NCBI GenBank assembly: GCA_010356995.1
Contig: ML996699.1
Span: forward strand, 403,697-467,696
Reading direction: 5' to 3'
Length of the DNA stretch: 64,000 nucleotides
Source of the DNA: Trichodelitschia bisporula
Taxonomy: Eukaryota
The notes under the pieces were generated by a model that saw only the letters and a list, made by a program, of their open reading frames with translations, did no database searches and had not been told where the DNA came from. The position numbers and the translations under genes are program-made. This document shows, in pieces, positions 33,374-45,871 of the stretch. The first letter of the stretch is position 1; each line of letters opens with the position of its first letter.

Positions 33374-35409
33374 CTACGCTTCTTCCCCTTCAAGCACCCC
33401 ATCCACCCTTCTCCGCACATCTCTCCCCGCCCCTCCATCGAGCACAAACGGCCCAATATCGTTCCTTGGTGTCATAGGTCCCTCCGGTCGACCCTCATAG
33501 CCCTCTACATCATTTCCTTCCGTCTGCCGCACCGCCATCGGAATCTGACGGGGCGCCGACAGGGCGGACCGCGAAGGCCGATCCACGGCGTTACGGACCG
33601 CCAGCAAAACCGGAGTCGCAGGAATATCGGGCAGCGAACTCGCCTCTTCGGGGTCATCGCAGTCTGCACCGACGCCCGTAACGGCAGCGAGGAGCGCGGA
33701 CGACTGTGCGGGCGACTCCGAATCGTAGATGACGACAGCAGGCGAGGAGCTGGCGGCCTCGTTCGAGTCAACGGCACGGACCGCCTGGTTCAGATTCTCG
33801 ATGTTCTCGCCATTCTCGCCGCTCTCGCGGGCCTGAGAAAAGGATGACGGAGACTGGCGTACGCGGGTGTTCTGTGCGATTGCAGCGTCGATGCGTGCGG
33901 CAACGGCCTCGGCGGGACCTTCAAGCGGGAGTTCAAGCTCGTCTTTTTCGGCGCCATCATCGTCCCACTCTCCGGATTGATCGTCAAGGTCGGCTTCGAG
34001 GTCAGCTACGGCGCGGCAATTCGGGCATAGGAAGTGCGGGTAGGTCGAGCCGTTGAGGATTGGCCGGATGCACTTATAGTGCCAGACGTGCGAGCAGGGG
34101 GCCACAAAGAGGGACTGGCAGGGCTGGAGAGGGTCAGTTTGGCATGATGGGTGAGTTATGGACATACCGCTATCGACATGAGACAGATTGAACACTCTGA
34201 GGTGTGCACCGAAGCCGAGTCAGAATCTTTCTTCGTCCTCGTAAGGTTCTGTAGCCGCTTATGGGTGGTTTTGCTGGAGGAATTAACGGGGTCATCGGGC
34301 ATGTCAAACCGAACTTACTTGAAGGTATTGAGCCCCTTTTGCCAACCACGATTACACTCCACGCGCATCTTGACACATCGGAAGATCATCTCCTCGCCAC
34401 CGCGGAAGTCAATGCCTAGCTGAACGACATCGCCATCATTGACAGGCCATGGTTTGCTCTCGGCACCCGGAGGACTCAGACGGAGGTGATTCAGGAAAGT
34501 GCCGGAAGATGACTTTACATCGCGAACGAACCATTGGCCGCCAGAACACCAGAACTCGCAGTGCCTACGAGAAACAACTTTCGACTTGAAACCGACGGGC
34601 GCCGCTGAGGGAACATTAGCTGCGGCCTCCGGCAGCGTCTCGCGCTCAGAGTAGCGCCCAACACGGATCACACTGGTCTGCGTGGGAAGGGTCCTGCTGA
34701 TCACGGGAAAGGACAGCGACGGTCGCGTGCTCCGCGGGTCGTGGTGAGGGACGAAGCGGATTGTAGGCAGCATGGATTTCGACATATTGGCTTCGGTTGT
34801 GATGTCTGACAGAGAAGGATTATTGACATTGGTAGTACCAGAGTGCGCAGGTGACTGAACGACAGTCGGTGATGTGGTGGGTCGTGAAAGCACAGGCCCC
34901 ACGGTCTCTGCTCTTGTCCGCGTCATTGTGTTGGGTGTCGTATCGCTTCTTGGCGTAGTGTTTGCTTGAGGTTCCTGTCTACCACCTGGCAGCCAGCCAG
35001 TTGCTGTCGCAACTGTTGAAGGGTTACTCGGTGTGGCTTGAAGGGCCTGAGACTGCGGCGGTGCTATCGAACATGAACCGACGATGCACGGTGCGCGCGC
35101 TTCGGTCCCAGATGCTGCAGGCCTACTGCTATTCTCGCCGCGCAGAACCTGACTGCGAGCGCGAGATAGTTGTGCCGTGTCAGTGCCCGCCACAGCGCTT
35201 GAGAGCGCGCCGGTTTCGCTCTCGGACCTCGAATGGCCCTGTCGACCGCCGCTCCCGGAGCCGTGTAGATGGTTGTGCGTGTAGTTGCGGAGGATGGACA
35301 GGCCGCGGAGACGAGAGCGAGTAGGCGAAGCGACAGAGGCAGATAAAGTCGTACCGGTGATGGAGAGGGTCGGAGCTGATGGGGTGGGTGGTGCAGGCGA
35401 GGTAAACAT
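33374..35409 (-). CDS. DMA1: FHA and RING-H2 domain E3 ubiquitin ligase (Dma1/Dma2 family)
   Basis: FHA motifs IRVGRYSE, FKSKVVSRRHCEF, DVKSSSGTFLN, GDVVQLGIDFRGG. RING ECSICL..PCQSLFVAPCSHVWHYKCIRP..FLCPNCRA. Introns 34318-34274 and 34167-34124. Confidence 0.93.
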
Positions 35410-36884
35410 TTATCTTGCGCTGTTCACTGATCCACGACGAGCCGAGTACAAGCCGTTCCACGAGGCTGAAGGCCTCGCTTAGCAACGACGGTAGGGTAAG
35501 AGGGAAATTGGCAGCGTTATATGAGCACGGTTGACACTAGAGTTGATGTTGTTTGCAGGTGTGGGATGGCTGCGGGTACTGTCCCAGGGCGAGGAGGGGA
35601 TGCGCGGCGGATTGTGGGGAACGCGGGTAGGGAGAACCCGCTTGTCTGCACCGCCCTCCGTTCCAGCAGTGGAGCAGTACAGATGGGTATACGATAGGCA
35701 GAAGCTTATCGAAAAGAGGACACTGTTGCTGAAGGGAGAGAGAGTGTAAGCAGCGGGGAAGAGAGGGGAAGAAAGCCGGAGGATGAACGAGATGGAAAGG
35801 GAGGAGGGGGGGGGGGCAAAATACAGGAGACCAGACCACTGGTTCAGGCAGAATTCAGGCAGAAATAGTGGGCTTGTGCATGCAACATCACATTCGACCA
35901 TTCGACCATTCGACAACCTTTGGTTCTTTGGGAGACTGAGAGATTCATCAAGACCCACTGATGCTGTAAAGTCTGTAGCTGCACTTGCTGCAAGGCGTCG
36001 GTACGAGGCACAATGACGTGCCTAGCTCATGTTGATAGGTATTTGTACGGAGTTACACTGCACTTCTAGAACTAGACTTGCGGACATCTCATCTTCTCGT
36101 AAAGCCTATGCCGACACTTGAGTTGAGGGAAAGCTGTTGAGCTTGCAGCCCTTTTGACAGAGTACGGTGAATCCATCCGCCCTTCCCTCGCTCCCTTCCG
36201 TGATCTGCGCACCGCTGTCACTCGTCACCTCCTTCGCGCCCTCACCTGCTTAACCCGGTTGTTTGCCCATGTCACGGGCAGAGGCTCACTCGGTCTCCTG
36301 CCCTTACGGGTAGCAGCTGGTGTGCAGCGATGCAGCCACCAGCCAAAGACAGCTGTTCACGCGCTTCGTGTACGCCGCAAAGTCTTGCCTGCTCTGATGA
36401 GAGAGAACTGTGATGTTTGGCAGCTTAGCGTGCACGGCGTGCTTATTAGGGCTATGGGCATGCGAAAAAGCCGTGGCCGCCATGCCTCAGCGTTTTTGCA
36501 AACGTGGACTGCCACCACATTGTCAGATGGCTCTTGGGCCAAAGGGTGCTTCCTCCGCGCCGCGTGACTCCCGACCTCCCCTCACGAGATGGGCACGATG
36601 GGCTACTCGTACCTTTTGCTAAATATTATGCCGTTTCTGATGCGAGTTCCACAACTTAGAAGGGGCAATGACTTTTCTCCAACGTCCTGCGGGGTTCCTC
36701 CACACGTCATAGCCTCCACGCAGCCCAATCCCTGCCTCATAGCCCAAAAATGGCGCGCCAAGAGCGGCCCATGATGGCAGAAAAATATCCACCAGGCACT
36801 TTGACGACGTGCCCGTTGACAGCAACGATCTCATCCCCCACCACTCCCGTATCTATCCACCCCCCTCCTCGATTTGCGTTCACG

Positions 36885-38682
36885 ATGCTGCGTTTTCCCC
36901 GCAGCTTCCGCGCCGCCGGCCGTCTCACACAACATGTCTCTGGCCCCTCAGTATCGCGCCGGCTCGCTTCCATTGTCGCTGAAGAGAAGGTCCGGCTTCC
37001 GTCCAACCTCCGCATCAGCTAACAGTCCAGGATCCCGTCGAGCTTGATAGCATAACGACACTGCCCAATGGCATCCGCGTTGCCACCGAAGCTTTACCAG
37101 GCCACTTCTCCGCCATTGGAGTCTATCTCGATGCCGGTTCCCGCTACGAGACCCCCGCATTAAGCGGCGTGAGCCACATCATCGACCGCCTTGCCTTCAA
37201 GTCAACAGCCGCACGCTCCAGCGATGACATGCTCGAGGCCATTGAGTCTTTGGGGGGAAACATACACTGTGCCTCTTCTCGCGAATCCCTGATGTACCAA
37301 TGTGCCACATTCAATGCATCCGTTCCCGCCGCTGTCGAGCTGCTCGCCGAAACCATCCGGATGCCAAACATCACGGATGAAGAGGTGGAGCAGCAGCTTG
37401 CGACTGCGGAGTATGAAATTGGCGAAATATGGTCGAAGCCAGATTTGATTCTGCCCGAAATAGTGCATATGGCGGCATACCGCGAAAATACCCTTGGCAA
37501 CCCCCTGCTCTGCCCGCAAGAGCGATTAGAGCACATCAACCGCGAAGTTGTTGATGTGTACCGGAAGACATTCTTCAGACCGGAGCGCATGGTTGTTGCC
37601 TTTGCCGGCGTGGAGCACAATGAAGCTGTGCGGTTGACAAATATGTTTTTTGGGGATATGCGGCGAGGAGAAGGACCGGCCATCACGGGCCAAGATATCC
37701 CCGCGGACGCGACGGAGTCGTCTACCAGCACAAGGCGTATGTTGGCTCCCTCATCACCCGTGTCAATCACATCGCGTCCTCCTGTCCTGCTGACCAAGTC
37801 ACAGTGCACCCCAGCACAGCACCCCAACAGTCCAGCCGTCTCCTCGATAAGATCCCCTTCATCAAGAATATCTCCACTTCCGCACCCCACTCCGCATCCC
37901 TCCAGACATCCCCCTTCCCCAGCTTGGAGGAACTTACCCAACCGTCACGTTACACCGGCGGCTTCCTCTCCTTGCCGTCTATCCCACCTCCTCTAAATCC
38001 CACTCTCCCTCGCCTTTCCCACATCCAGCTCGCCTTCGAAGCCCCTCCCATCTCCTCAGAAGACATCTACGCCGTAGCAACACTCCAGACCCTCCTCGGT
38101 GGCGGCGGATCTTTCTCCGCAGGTGGCCCAGGCAAGGGCATGTACTCGCGGCTCTACACCAATGTGCTGAACCAGCACATCTGGGTGGAGAATTGCCAGG
38201 CTTTCAATCACGCCTACTCGGACTCCGGCCTCTTCGGCATCTCCGCCGCCTGTGCGCCGGAGTACCTGCGTGACATGTTGGACGTGCTGTGCCGCGAGTT
38301 CACCTCGCTGACGAGCGCCTCAGGGTTTGGCCGCCTGAAGGAGGTCGAGGTCCGCCGCGCGAAGAACCAGCTCAAGTCGAACCTGCTTATGAATCTCGAG
38401 AGCCGAGTTGTGGAGCTCGAGGATTTGGGCCGGCAGGTGCAGGTGCATGGACGCAAGGTGGGCGTGCGTGAGATGTGCGCCGCTATCGATGGGTTGACGA
38501 TTGGAGATCTGCGCAGAGTAGCGGAGACGGTGTTGCAGGGCGGAGTGCGGAATCCTGGCGGTGGGAGCGGGGCGCCGACGGTGGTGATGCAGGAGGGTGA
38601 GGTAGAGGGGCTGAAGAGGAGAGAGTTGGGGTGGGAGGAGATACAGGAGAGGATTGCACGGTGGGGTTTGGGGCGGCGGTAG
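36885..38682 (+). CDS. MAS2: Mitochondrial processing peptidase alpha subunit
   Basis: Arg-rich presequence, [26 protein letters not shown], glycine-rich loop [20 protein letters not shown]. Introns 36990-37030 and 37737-37804. Confidence 0.95.
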
Positions 38683-39141
38683 ATCTGGGAGGCGGGTTGA
38701 GGCATGTATTCTACGGATGCGGGTGGCATGAACGGCGTTTGTTATTTTCATTTGGGTCTCATATGTCATGTGCATAGGATGGAGCGGTTAGGTTCACTGA
38801 GTGTATATATGACCTGGAAAGGCTATCTGGCTGGTTCCTGCAATTTATGTTGGATGGACGGTTGCTTATTTGGGCGATGTGGAGAATTGGTAGACGTGAA
38901 GCCAACCGCAAACAGAGTTTAGCTTCGAACCCCCTTCCTTCACACTTTGCATTCATGACTTCTACACCTCCATCAGAATAAAGCTTACGCTGCAGCAAGG
39001 TTGTAGGGTGGATATGGCTTCCATGGCGGACGTCCAGGAGCCATTAAGCTCATAGGGGAGGCGAAATTAGAAGACGTTGCTCACAGTAAAAAAGGCTGTA
39101 CCAGCGCGTGCAATCGCAAGTGTGGAGCCCTAAACACAATA

Positions 39142-39359
39142 GTGGACGTTGCTTCACGTGTGCTTGAGGATGTCGATGTCTGCAAAGAGGTCCTAGATGA
39201 GCAAGTTGAGGCTGTGTGCCTCACATCCGAGGATGAAGACGCCAGAAACGTATTTCGATGTCTTCATGCCCGGATGTGAGGCGCACAGCCTCAACTTGCC
39301 CCCCCAGGGCTCTCTTTGCGAACATCGAAACTCTCAAGCTCACGGGAAGAAACGTCCAC
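39142..39359. repeat. Long imperfect inverted repeat (hairpin), ~100-bp arms, 19-nt loop
   Basis: Inner arms 39201-39240 and 39260-39299 are reverse complements at 37/40 positions (hand count). Pairing continues outward to GTGGACGTT / AACGTCCAC. Confidence 0.9.
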
Positions 39360-42129
39360 CCTATCGTATACTGACCCGGAATGGCCTCCGTGCAGCAGCC
39401 ATTGCCTATGCATTATCCGTGACAACTGCGGCGCGCCTTACGCTCCGAATGTTCTTTGTAGGCCTTGCATTGTTGAAGTGTGCTTCCATCTTTTCGACTT
39501 TTTTATCTGACGATAGCGCACAAGAAGTAATGATACCGCTTGTGGGCCAAGGTCGGAACCAAAAGCCGGAAAGATGGAAACCTACCTCTAAAGTGCCCAG
39601 CCTACAAAGAGCATTTGGAGCGTGACGAGTGCCGCAAAACCTCCACTGGGAATGGAAGCGTTGTCGTCGACACAGGTTAAATGCCTCGTGTCCACGCACA
39701 GTACCTAAACTAGATACGGGAAGGTAGCTCCAGCCAGGGTACACGGCAGATTGTTATGCATGATGTGCAGCAGTGGATGGTAGGACAGTTTGGCCCTCGT
39801 TTGAAGAAACACGTGACCAGGCGCCTGGCGCTAGGGTGTCGTCGAATGAGCGTGCAGAACGGGCTTCCGCCATCATGACCAGGGGGGACGTGAAGTCGCA
39901 GGTCGGTATCGCGGGGCCTCGTGGTTGGAGGTTCGGGTCCAAGCCGGGTTCGACGATGGGGCGACGGATAGCGCGTAGGGAACAGGCGGTGGGGGTATTG
40001 AGTGGTTGGGAGAGCTGGTGGATACGTTCGTGTTGTGGCCCAGGCGGTTGTGGGAGGGGACGACCGGCGACGATGGCACAAGTGGGAGGGACGAACATGG
40101 AAGACGCCGGTACTCAGATGTGCTGGGCGGTCGTTGTTGTTGTTGCTGCTGCCGGACAGGCGGGTCTGGATTGCTGCATATAGCTCCTGGTGCCCGCTAC
40201 CTCCGTGCTTTGGCACCCTTTTGCAAGATCATCAGTTCTTCGCCATGGTCAAGCTGACGGGAATCGTCGAAACAGAGTTTGGTCGGTGGCTCGATGCATG
40301 ACCATGATGCATGCCACTCATCTCCTCGGGTTCTGCTTCGATTGAACCGCTCCTCACTTTCTTCGTCCACAAACGCGTCCGATCGATCAAAGTCGTCGAG
40401 TTCTCTGGAGCGGTGGGCCACTGTCCTGCCGAACAGAAGGCCTCTCTCGCAATCTAGACTTCGGACGTCGGATTCCCGACCTTTCCCGGAAGATGCATCC
40501 TTGGCGATGAGCAGAGTGGGCCAGCGACGGCCGACCATGGCGGTCTCGGTGGCGAACATCCAGAGCGCACAGGGGCGGAACAATCATACAGGTCGGAATG
40601 AAAAGTCTTCAGCCATGTCTCGACGATTCATTTGTTCTGCGTAGGGTCAGGGACGACCAACGGCCCGGGCAGGCCACTCAGAGGCCGCCACGTCTGACTC
40701 TGGACGGCGGCGACTTGACGAGAGGTACTTGGAAAAGTGCGGACAGAAAACCACAACAAGTCGGAGGGAGTTCAAAATCAAAATGCAGACATTTGGCCGG
40801 GTGGGTAGACGTGAGGGGAGGGGCGTTGAGGAGCTTCCAAGGTGCGTTTGTCAGAAGAAAACCATGCGCGAAGCTTCAGAGACCAAAAGCTGACAGACGG
40901 CTTTTGCAGACAACAGAAAGCTCAACAGAAAAAAAAAGACCTTGCCGGTGTAGGGATGTTCATGCCCCTTGACGTTAGCGATCCACGGATACGGTTCGAA
41001 CACCATGGTCTGGAAGATATGCTGGGTTGGAGAGGTGCGTGATGTTGTGATGTTGAGGTGATTCCTGGTGCAGTTGTTGGGTCCGGATGACGTTAGATTG
41101 CAGCCATGCCTGGGAGCGACAGGACATATATACTGGTGAGCGCCATCATCGGAGATGAAGTCTGACATGAAGGGGAAGAGGAGGTGATGATGGAGGTCGA
41201 CATTTTCATCGGCCATTTTCACTGATTCAGCCTATCTCGGCCCTCGGCATCCCGGTCTTGTCGACCGGACGGACTGCTTTTCCCAAACGAGACGACGAAC
41301 GCCGGCATCCTCCGAACTTTGGGCCGATCGTATGTAGGTCATGTGACCTACTGCTCCCAGGCGACTGTCATGTGACTATTGTGTGTTAGTCAGCAAAATC
41401 ACGGTACCAACGGCTGCCCCTCACTTCACAATCCGGACACCACAGCAACTTCACTCTTGTCAGTTCATCATCCATCGTTCCACCAAGGCAATGCAGTCAT
41501 CAACTTCCTTTGTATCTAGCGTCATCTCTTCATTCGGCGGCTAATTCACACGGTATATTGGTGCTTTTTCGCAACCGCCCCGGGCTTTCCTCTCTCTCGG
41601 CCGCTGTCTTGCCTCTGCTGCCGCCGGGTTGCGGTCGATCTACCGGCGGGCGCTTCTCTTTTGGTTCAGGCGGCCCCATTACGGATTGGACGGCTCAGCC
41701 TCCCCACCATCACCCCCTCGCCAACATGCTCCCTCCAATCCAAGCGCCTGCGGCTATTGCTCCAATTTTCATGCACTCGGAAATTGAACTTGAAGAAAAG
41801 GGACTCATTTCATTCGTTAACCCAGAAGCGTTGGAATCCCTTTGATACAAGAATTGAAGCATCCCTCACCCCATCAACCAGCAGCCTAGATCAACAATTT
41901 GTTCTCTCTGACCCCAAGTCCGGCCCGAAACGAGCGGAAACGAGCGTTACCCAGCACTACAAAAAGAGGGAGAGCGAACAAGCGAATCAAATGGGAACCG
42001 AAAACAAAATCCCGAACAAGCGCCGAAGTCCCTGATGCCGTTTTGTCCATCCACACCACACCCCCTGCGAACCGACCTACCGCAAGGCTTGTTCGCCCCC
42101 GAGACGTCATGTCCTCCCATCCAACATCA

Positions 42130-42492
42130 TCAAGCATAGGAGCGCGAGCTCCCATTCTGGTTGCCAATAGCCTGCCGCCGGTGGGCAATCTCGGCGTACA
42201 GGCTCCGGATCTCATTCTCTAAAATCTTGATGCTCTCCTGAGACTTCTCAACGGAGGCCGGGTACCTGCCCTCCTGCTGCCAGCGGTTGATCCTGGCCAA
42301 CTCAACCTCGCGTTTCCGGAGCTTGGTGTCGACCTTGTCGCAGAGTTTGCATTTGTTGCGGACTTCGGCAGTCGTGTATACCAGTTTCATGCCACAGGTT
42401 TCACCAATGCGGTACTCCCGGTTGCAGTGCTCCCGGAAATTGCCCCACTTCCAATCACCGCAGGTGAAACGGAGATGCTCGTAAAAGCACAT
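42130..42492 (-). CDS. Small Cys-containing fungal protein of unknown function (120 aa)
   Basis: MCFYEHLRFTCGDWKWGNFREHCNREYRIGETCGMKLV..CKLC followed by a coiled coil; good ACAATG start context. Confidence 0.85.
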   Translation of the reverse strand: MCFYEHLRFTCGDWKWGNFREHCNREYRIGETCGMKLVYTTAEVRNKCKLCDKVDTKLRKREVELARINRWQQEGRYPASVEKSQESIKILENEIRSLYAEIAHRRQAIGNQNGSSRSYA

Positions 42493-45467
42493 TGTGTTTA
42501 CGTGTGGCTGGGGACTGCCAGTACCTGCGTCAGCCTATCGGTTCTCGGATACCCGCCACGCTGGGACAACTCACTGTTGAACGCCTTGTATGGTTCTTGG
42601 CTTGTGATTGGTTCCCTTACTTGATGGGACCTGACAACGTTCAGCCTTCTGTGCTGTCAACACCCAAGGCTGGACCTTACCCTTGCCAATGGCTTGAGAG
42701 AGCAATGGACTTGAGTGGTGATGGTCTTCGGGGACTGGTGCGAGGGAACCACTTGATGGCCGAAGAGAGAGGGAACTCGAAGCAACAATCTTCTGGGATG
42801 ATGGTCTGATGGTCAAGAAGAGAAAAGTGCGGTGGATGCTGTGATGGAGAAGTGGGAGAAGACACGCCGTCGAGGGCCGTATTTATGTCCCATCCTGGAA
42901 GGCCCAAGCCGGAGTTGCGTTGTCATTGTCATTGCTGGTCATCGCTGTCCAGCCCACCCCGGCGACCAAACACCGGCTCCTCCATCCCACCATCAAACCA
43001 TGGCTTATCGTACCCCGCTTCCTCCGGTCCAACGAGAGCGCCACGATCGTTCGGACCGCTTCGCCTTTGACCGCCTGAACGCCCGGGTCTGGTAGTGATA
43101 CTACCCTAGGCCTTGTCTGGCGGGAGGAGCTGCAGTCGGATATCACATATGCTAGGGATCACCAGCTTCCGTGGCCTTTCCGCAACGCGTAATTTCGCCT
43201 CTTGAGCGAAAATGCCTCATGGCCCTTGCCCTGAAGCTGCGTCGACAGCCTCTAGAATCATGTCCGGACGTTTGCTGATGGCTTTTCCGGACACTAGATC
43301 CTGGAGGATGGGTGAAAAAGCGAGTTCCATATCGGTCACGTGTTTTTCCGCGCTCCCGCGCTGGGTTGGGAACCTTCCCCAGAAACAAACGTCCGTTGGT
43401 AATATCTTGATTGGACAATGGGTGTCGACAAGTGTTTGGATTCGTTTTCCAGGCACATCTACTCCAGAGTAGTTTCGCAAGCCCCCCTCCCTCTTTTTCC
43501 GCATCCCAGTCCCCCGGCGTTTCAGCATGTGGGCAAGACGTGAGGAGGCTCTTGCCTCTTGGCTAGGCTTGTCTGGCTCTCACGTCTCTCTCTTACGGCT
43601 GCTTCGTTTCCTTTGTTTACATCTGTCCCTCGCCCTCTCGCTCTCCCTGTTTCCACCCTGTAACTCGCAATGCGTCTGTCCGCCGATGGCTTGCTTGCCA
43701 AGCCCAAGGCCTCGGCTTCATGAGATATTAGGGTTCGAGTAAACAACGGCTAACCATCCATGCCTTTAGGATCTCCCGTTTGAAGGGAAGGTTGAACCAG
43801 ACCAGCTTTACCAACTCCAGTTTCATTCGTCGCCTTGCCCCCCATGTGCATGCGGAATGGGTGGTTACGTTTGTTCTGCACCGGCTCCACCGTCCGTCCA
43901 GTCTCGTTATCTCGCGCACATGCGAGAGAGACCAGTCTCTTCCAGTCCGCCGCTGTGGGGTACTCTGCCGTCTGATGCACGAGTGCTCTATTACGTAGAG
44001 CTAATGCAGCATGCGGCCGGCCCTATGATTCAGCTTCAATGCTCGTCGTCCGATGATGGCTTCCCGACTCTTCCGAGTCGTCCTACCCGCATCGCATGCT
44101 CCACGCAGCCTGTCTTCCACCACCATTCTAGCCCCATGCAATCTGACAGTCTTCTAGTGGTCGATAACGAACCGTTCTGGGTCCATGCAGCGACCAGCCG
44201 TCCTCGCATGGGCGTGCAATCATTTGAATTTGCTGACGCTAGACTCCGCCGGCACACACCCCAATCGAAGATCGACTACGTGGCGAGCGCGGTTTGGTTG
44301 AACGGGGAACTAGCAGCCAGTCTTCCAGACTGTCGTCGGCCTGGGCTGTAATATCACTCCTGCAAGATCGGTTCCTCATTAGCTTCCCTCCCGGCTTGCA
44401 TGCGGCACTGGGCTTGGAAACCACTATTCTCGATGGCTGACAACTTGCCAGCCCCCGCCCCATCCGCCCACACCCCGCCCCCTCTCTTTCCCCGAGGTGA
44501 TCATGGGGAAGATCAGACGCTCTTTCGACCGGTGTCTCTGCCATCGTTCTGTTGCCTCAGTGGGTGGAAATCTCATCACCGTGGCATGAACGGTGGCGAA
44601 GCACATGCAAACACCGTTCCCATTATCGTCACAGACTTCATTGCCTTTCTACTGGCTTGAACTTTCGCCTTCCGGGGTAGTTTCGCTTGGGGAATCGATT
44701 GCTCGATTACTTTCGGTTACACTCGTCGCTGCTGAATGCACCACGGGGCTACTCCCCGAGGCTTCCTGTGGCAGTTTTGGGCGGGAGCATTTGCTCTCGC
44801 GAGAAAGCGCACGAGGCTGGTGCTTGTACCATGGTTGACCATGAGCTGAACCAGGTGCACCTACTCGGGCTCCCCCAGCTTTGCACTGCTTAGCCTTCTC
44901 GCTTCTCGCATAACTTGAGCGTCCCAAGAAGGATTAGAGGTAGTAACCGCACAAGCAAAAAAAACACAAGCATAGAAATAGCCAATTATGATGATCATTG
45001 CACATGCATCTCTCAAGAAATTGTTGTCTTTTGACATTGACGTGCCCCGGGCGCACTTTGCACTCTTGCCTGCAAAAAAATCGGCTGACACTGTGATTTC
45101 AGTCGGCCGTTGGCCGTTGTTTTGTGTTGTGCGAGGTGTAGAGCGGACGTTGAAATTTGCTTCTGCAGGTGCGTTGAGCGGTCCGTAGTCTGTCAATCAT
45201 GTGAAGTGAAGTCGCTGTGGAAAGGCAGTGGGAGCGCAGCAGAGGACGGTAACGTGTGTAAGTAGCTGTGGAACGGGCGTGGACCGCCAGTTGCGGAGGG
45301 CGCGAGGCAAGCTACGATCGATGTGGGCTGGCCGGTTCTCGGAGCGGGGGGGCGGCCGGCAAATGAGGTCACAGCGTGGGCCGCCGCTTGGGTTAGGTGC
45401 GAAGGTAGGTTGCTTGGGTGAGATTGGGGTACGGTGGGGAGAGTAGTGATGTGTGTGTGGGGGGGGG

Positions 45468-45871
45468 NNNNNNNNNNNNNNNNNNNNNNNNNNNNNNNNN
45501 NNNNNNNNNNNNNNNNNNNNNNNNNNNNNNNNNNNNNNNNNNNNNNNNNNNNNNNNNNNNNNNNNNNNNNNNNNNNNNNNNNNNNNNNNNNNNNNNNNNN
45601 NNNNNNNNNNNNNNNNNNNNNNNNNNNNNNNNNNNNNNNNNNNNNNNNNNNNNNNNNNNNNNNNNNNNNNNNNNNNNNNNNNNNNNNNNNNNNNNNNNNN
45701 NNNNNNNNNNNNNNNNNNNNNNNNNNNNNNNNNNNNNNNNNNNNNNNNNNNNNNNNNNNNNNNNNNNNNNNNNNNNNNNNNNNNNNNNNNNNNNNNNNNN
45801 NNNNNNNNNNNNNNNNNNNNNNNNNNNNNNNNNNNNNNNNNNNNNNNNNNNNNNNNNNNNNNNNNNNNNNN
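45468..45871. other. Assembly gap (404 N), flanked by G-runs
   Basis: Run of N. Confidence 1.

Noticed and set aside
25463..38682. Secondary-metabolite or RiPP gene cluster around the repeat protein
   Set aside because: Neighbours are housekeeping genes; no synthase, DUF3328, tyrosinase, methyltransferase or cluster regulator is visible.
39710..41222. Possible minus-strand gene from several 110-170 aa ORFs
   Set aside because: No recognisable domain or consistent splice model could be built by hand.
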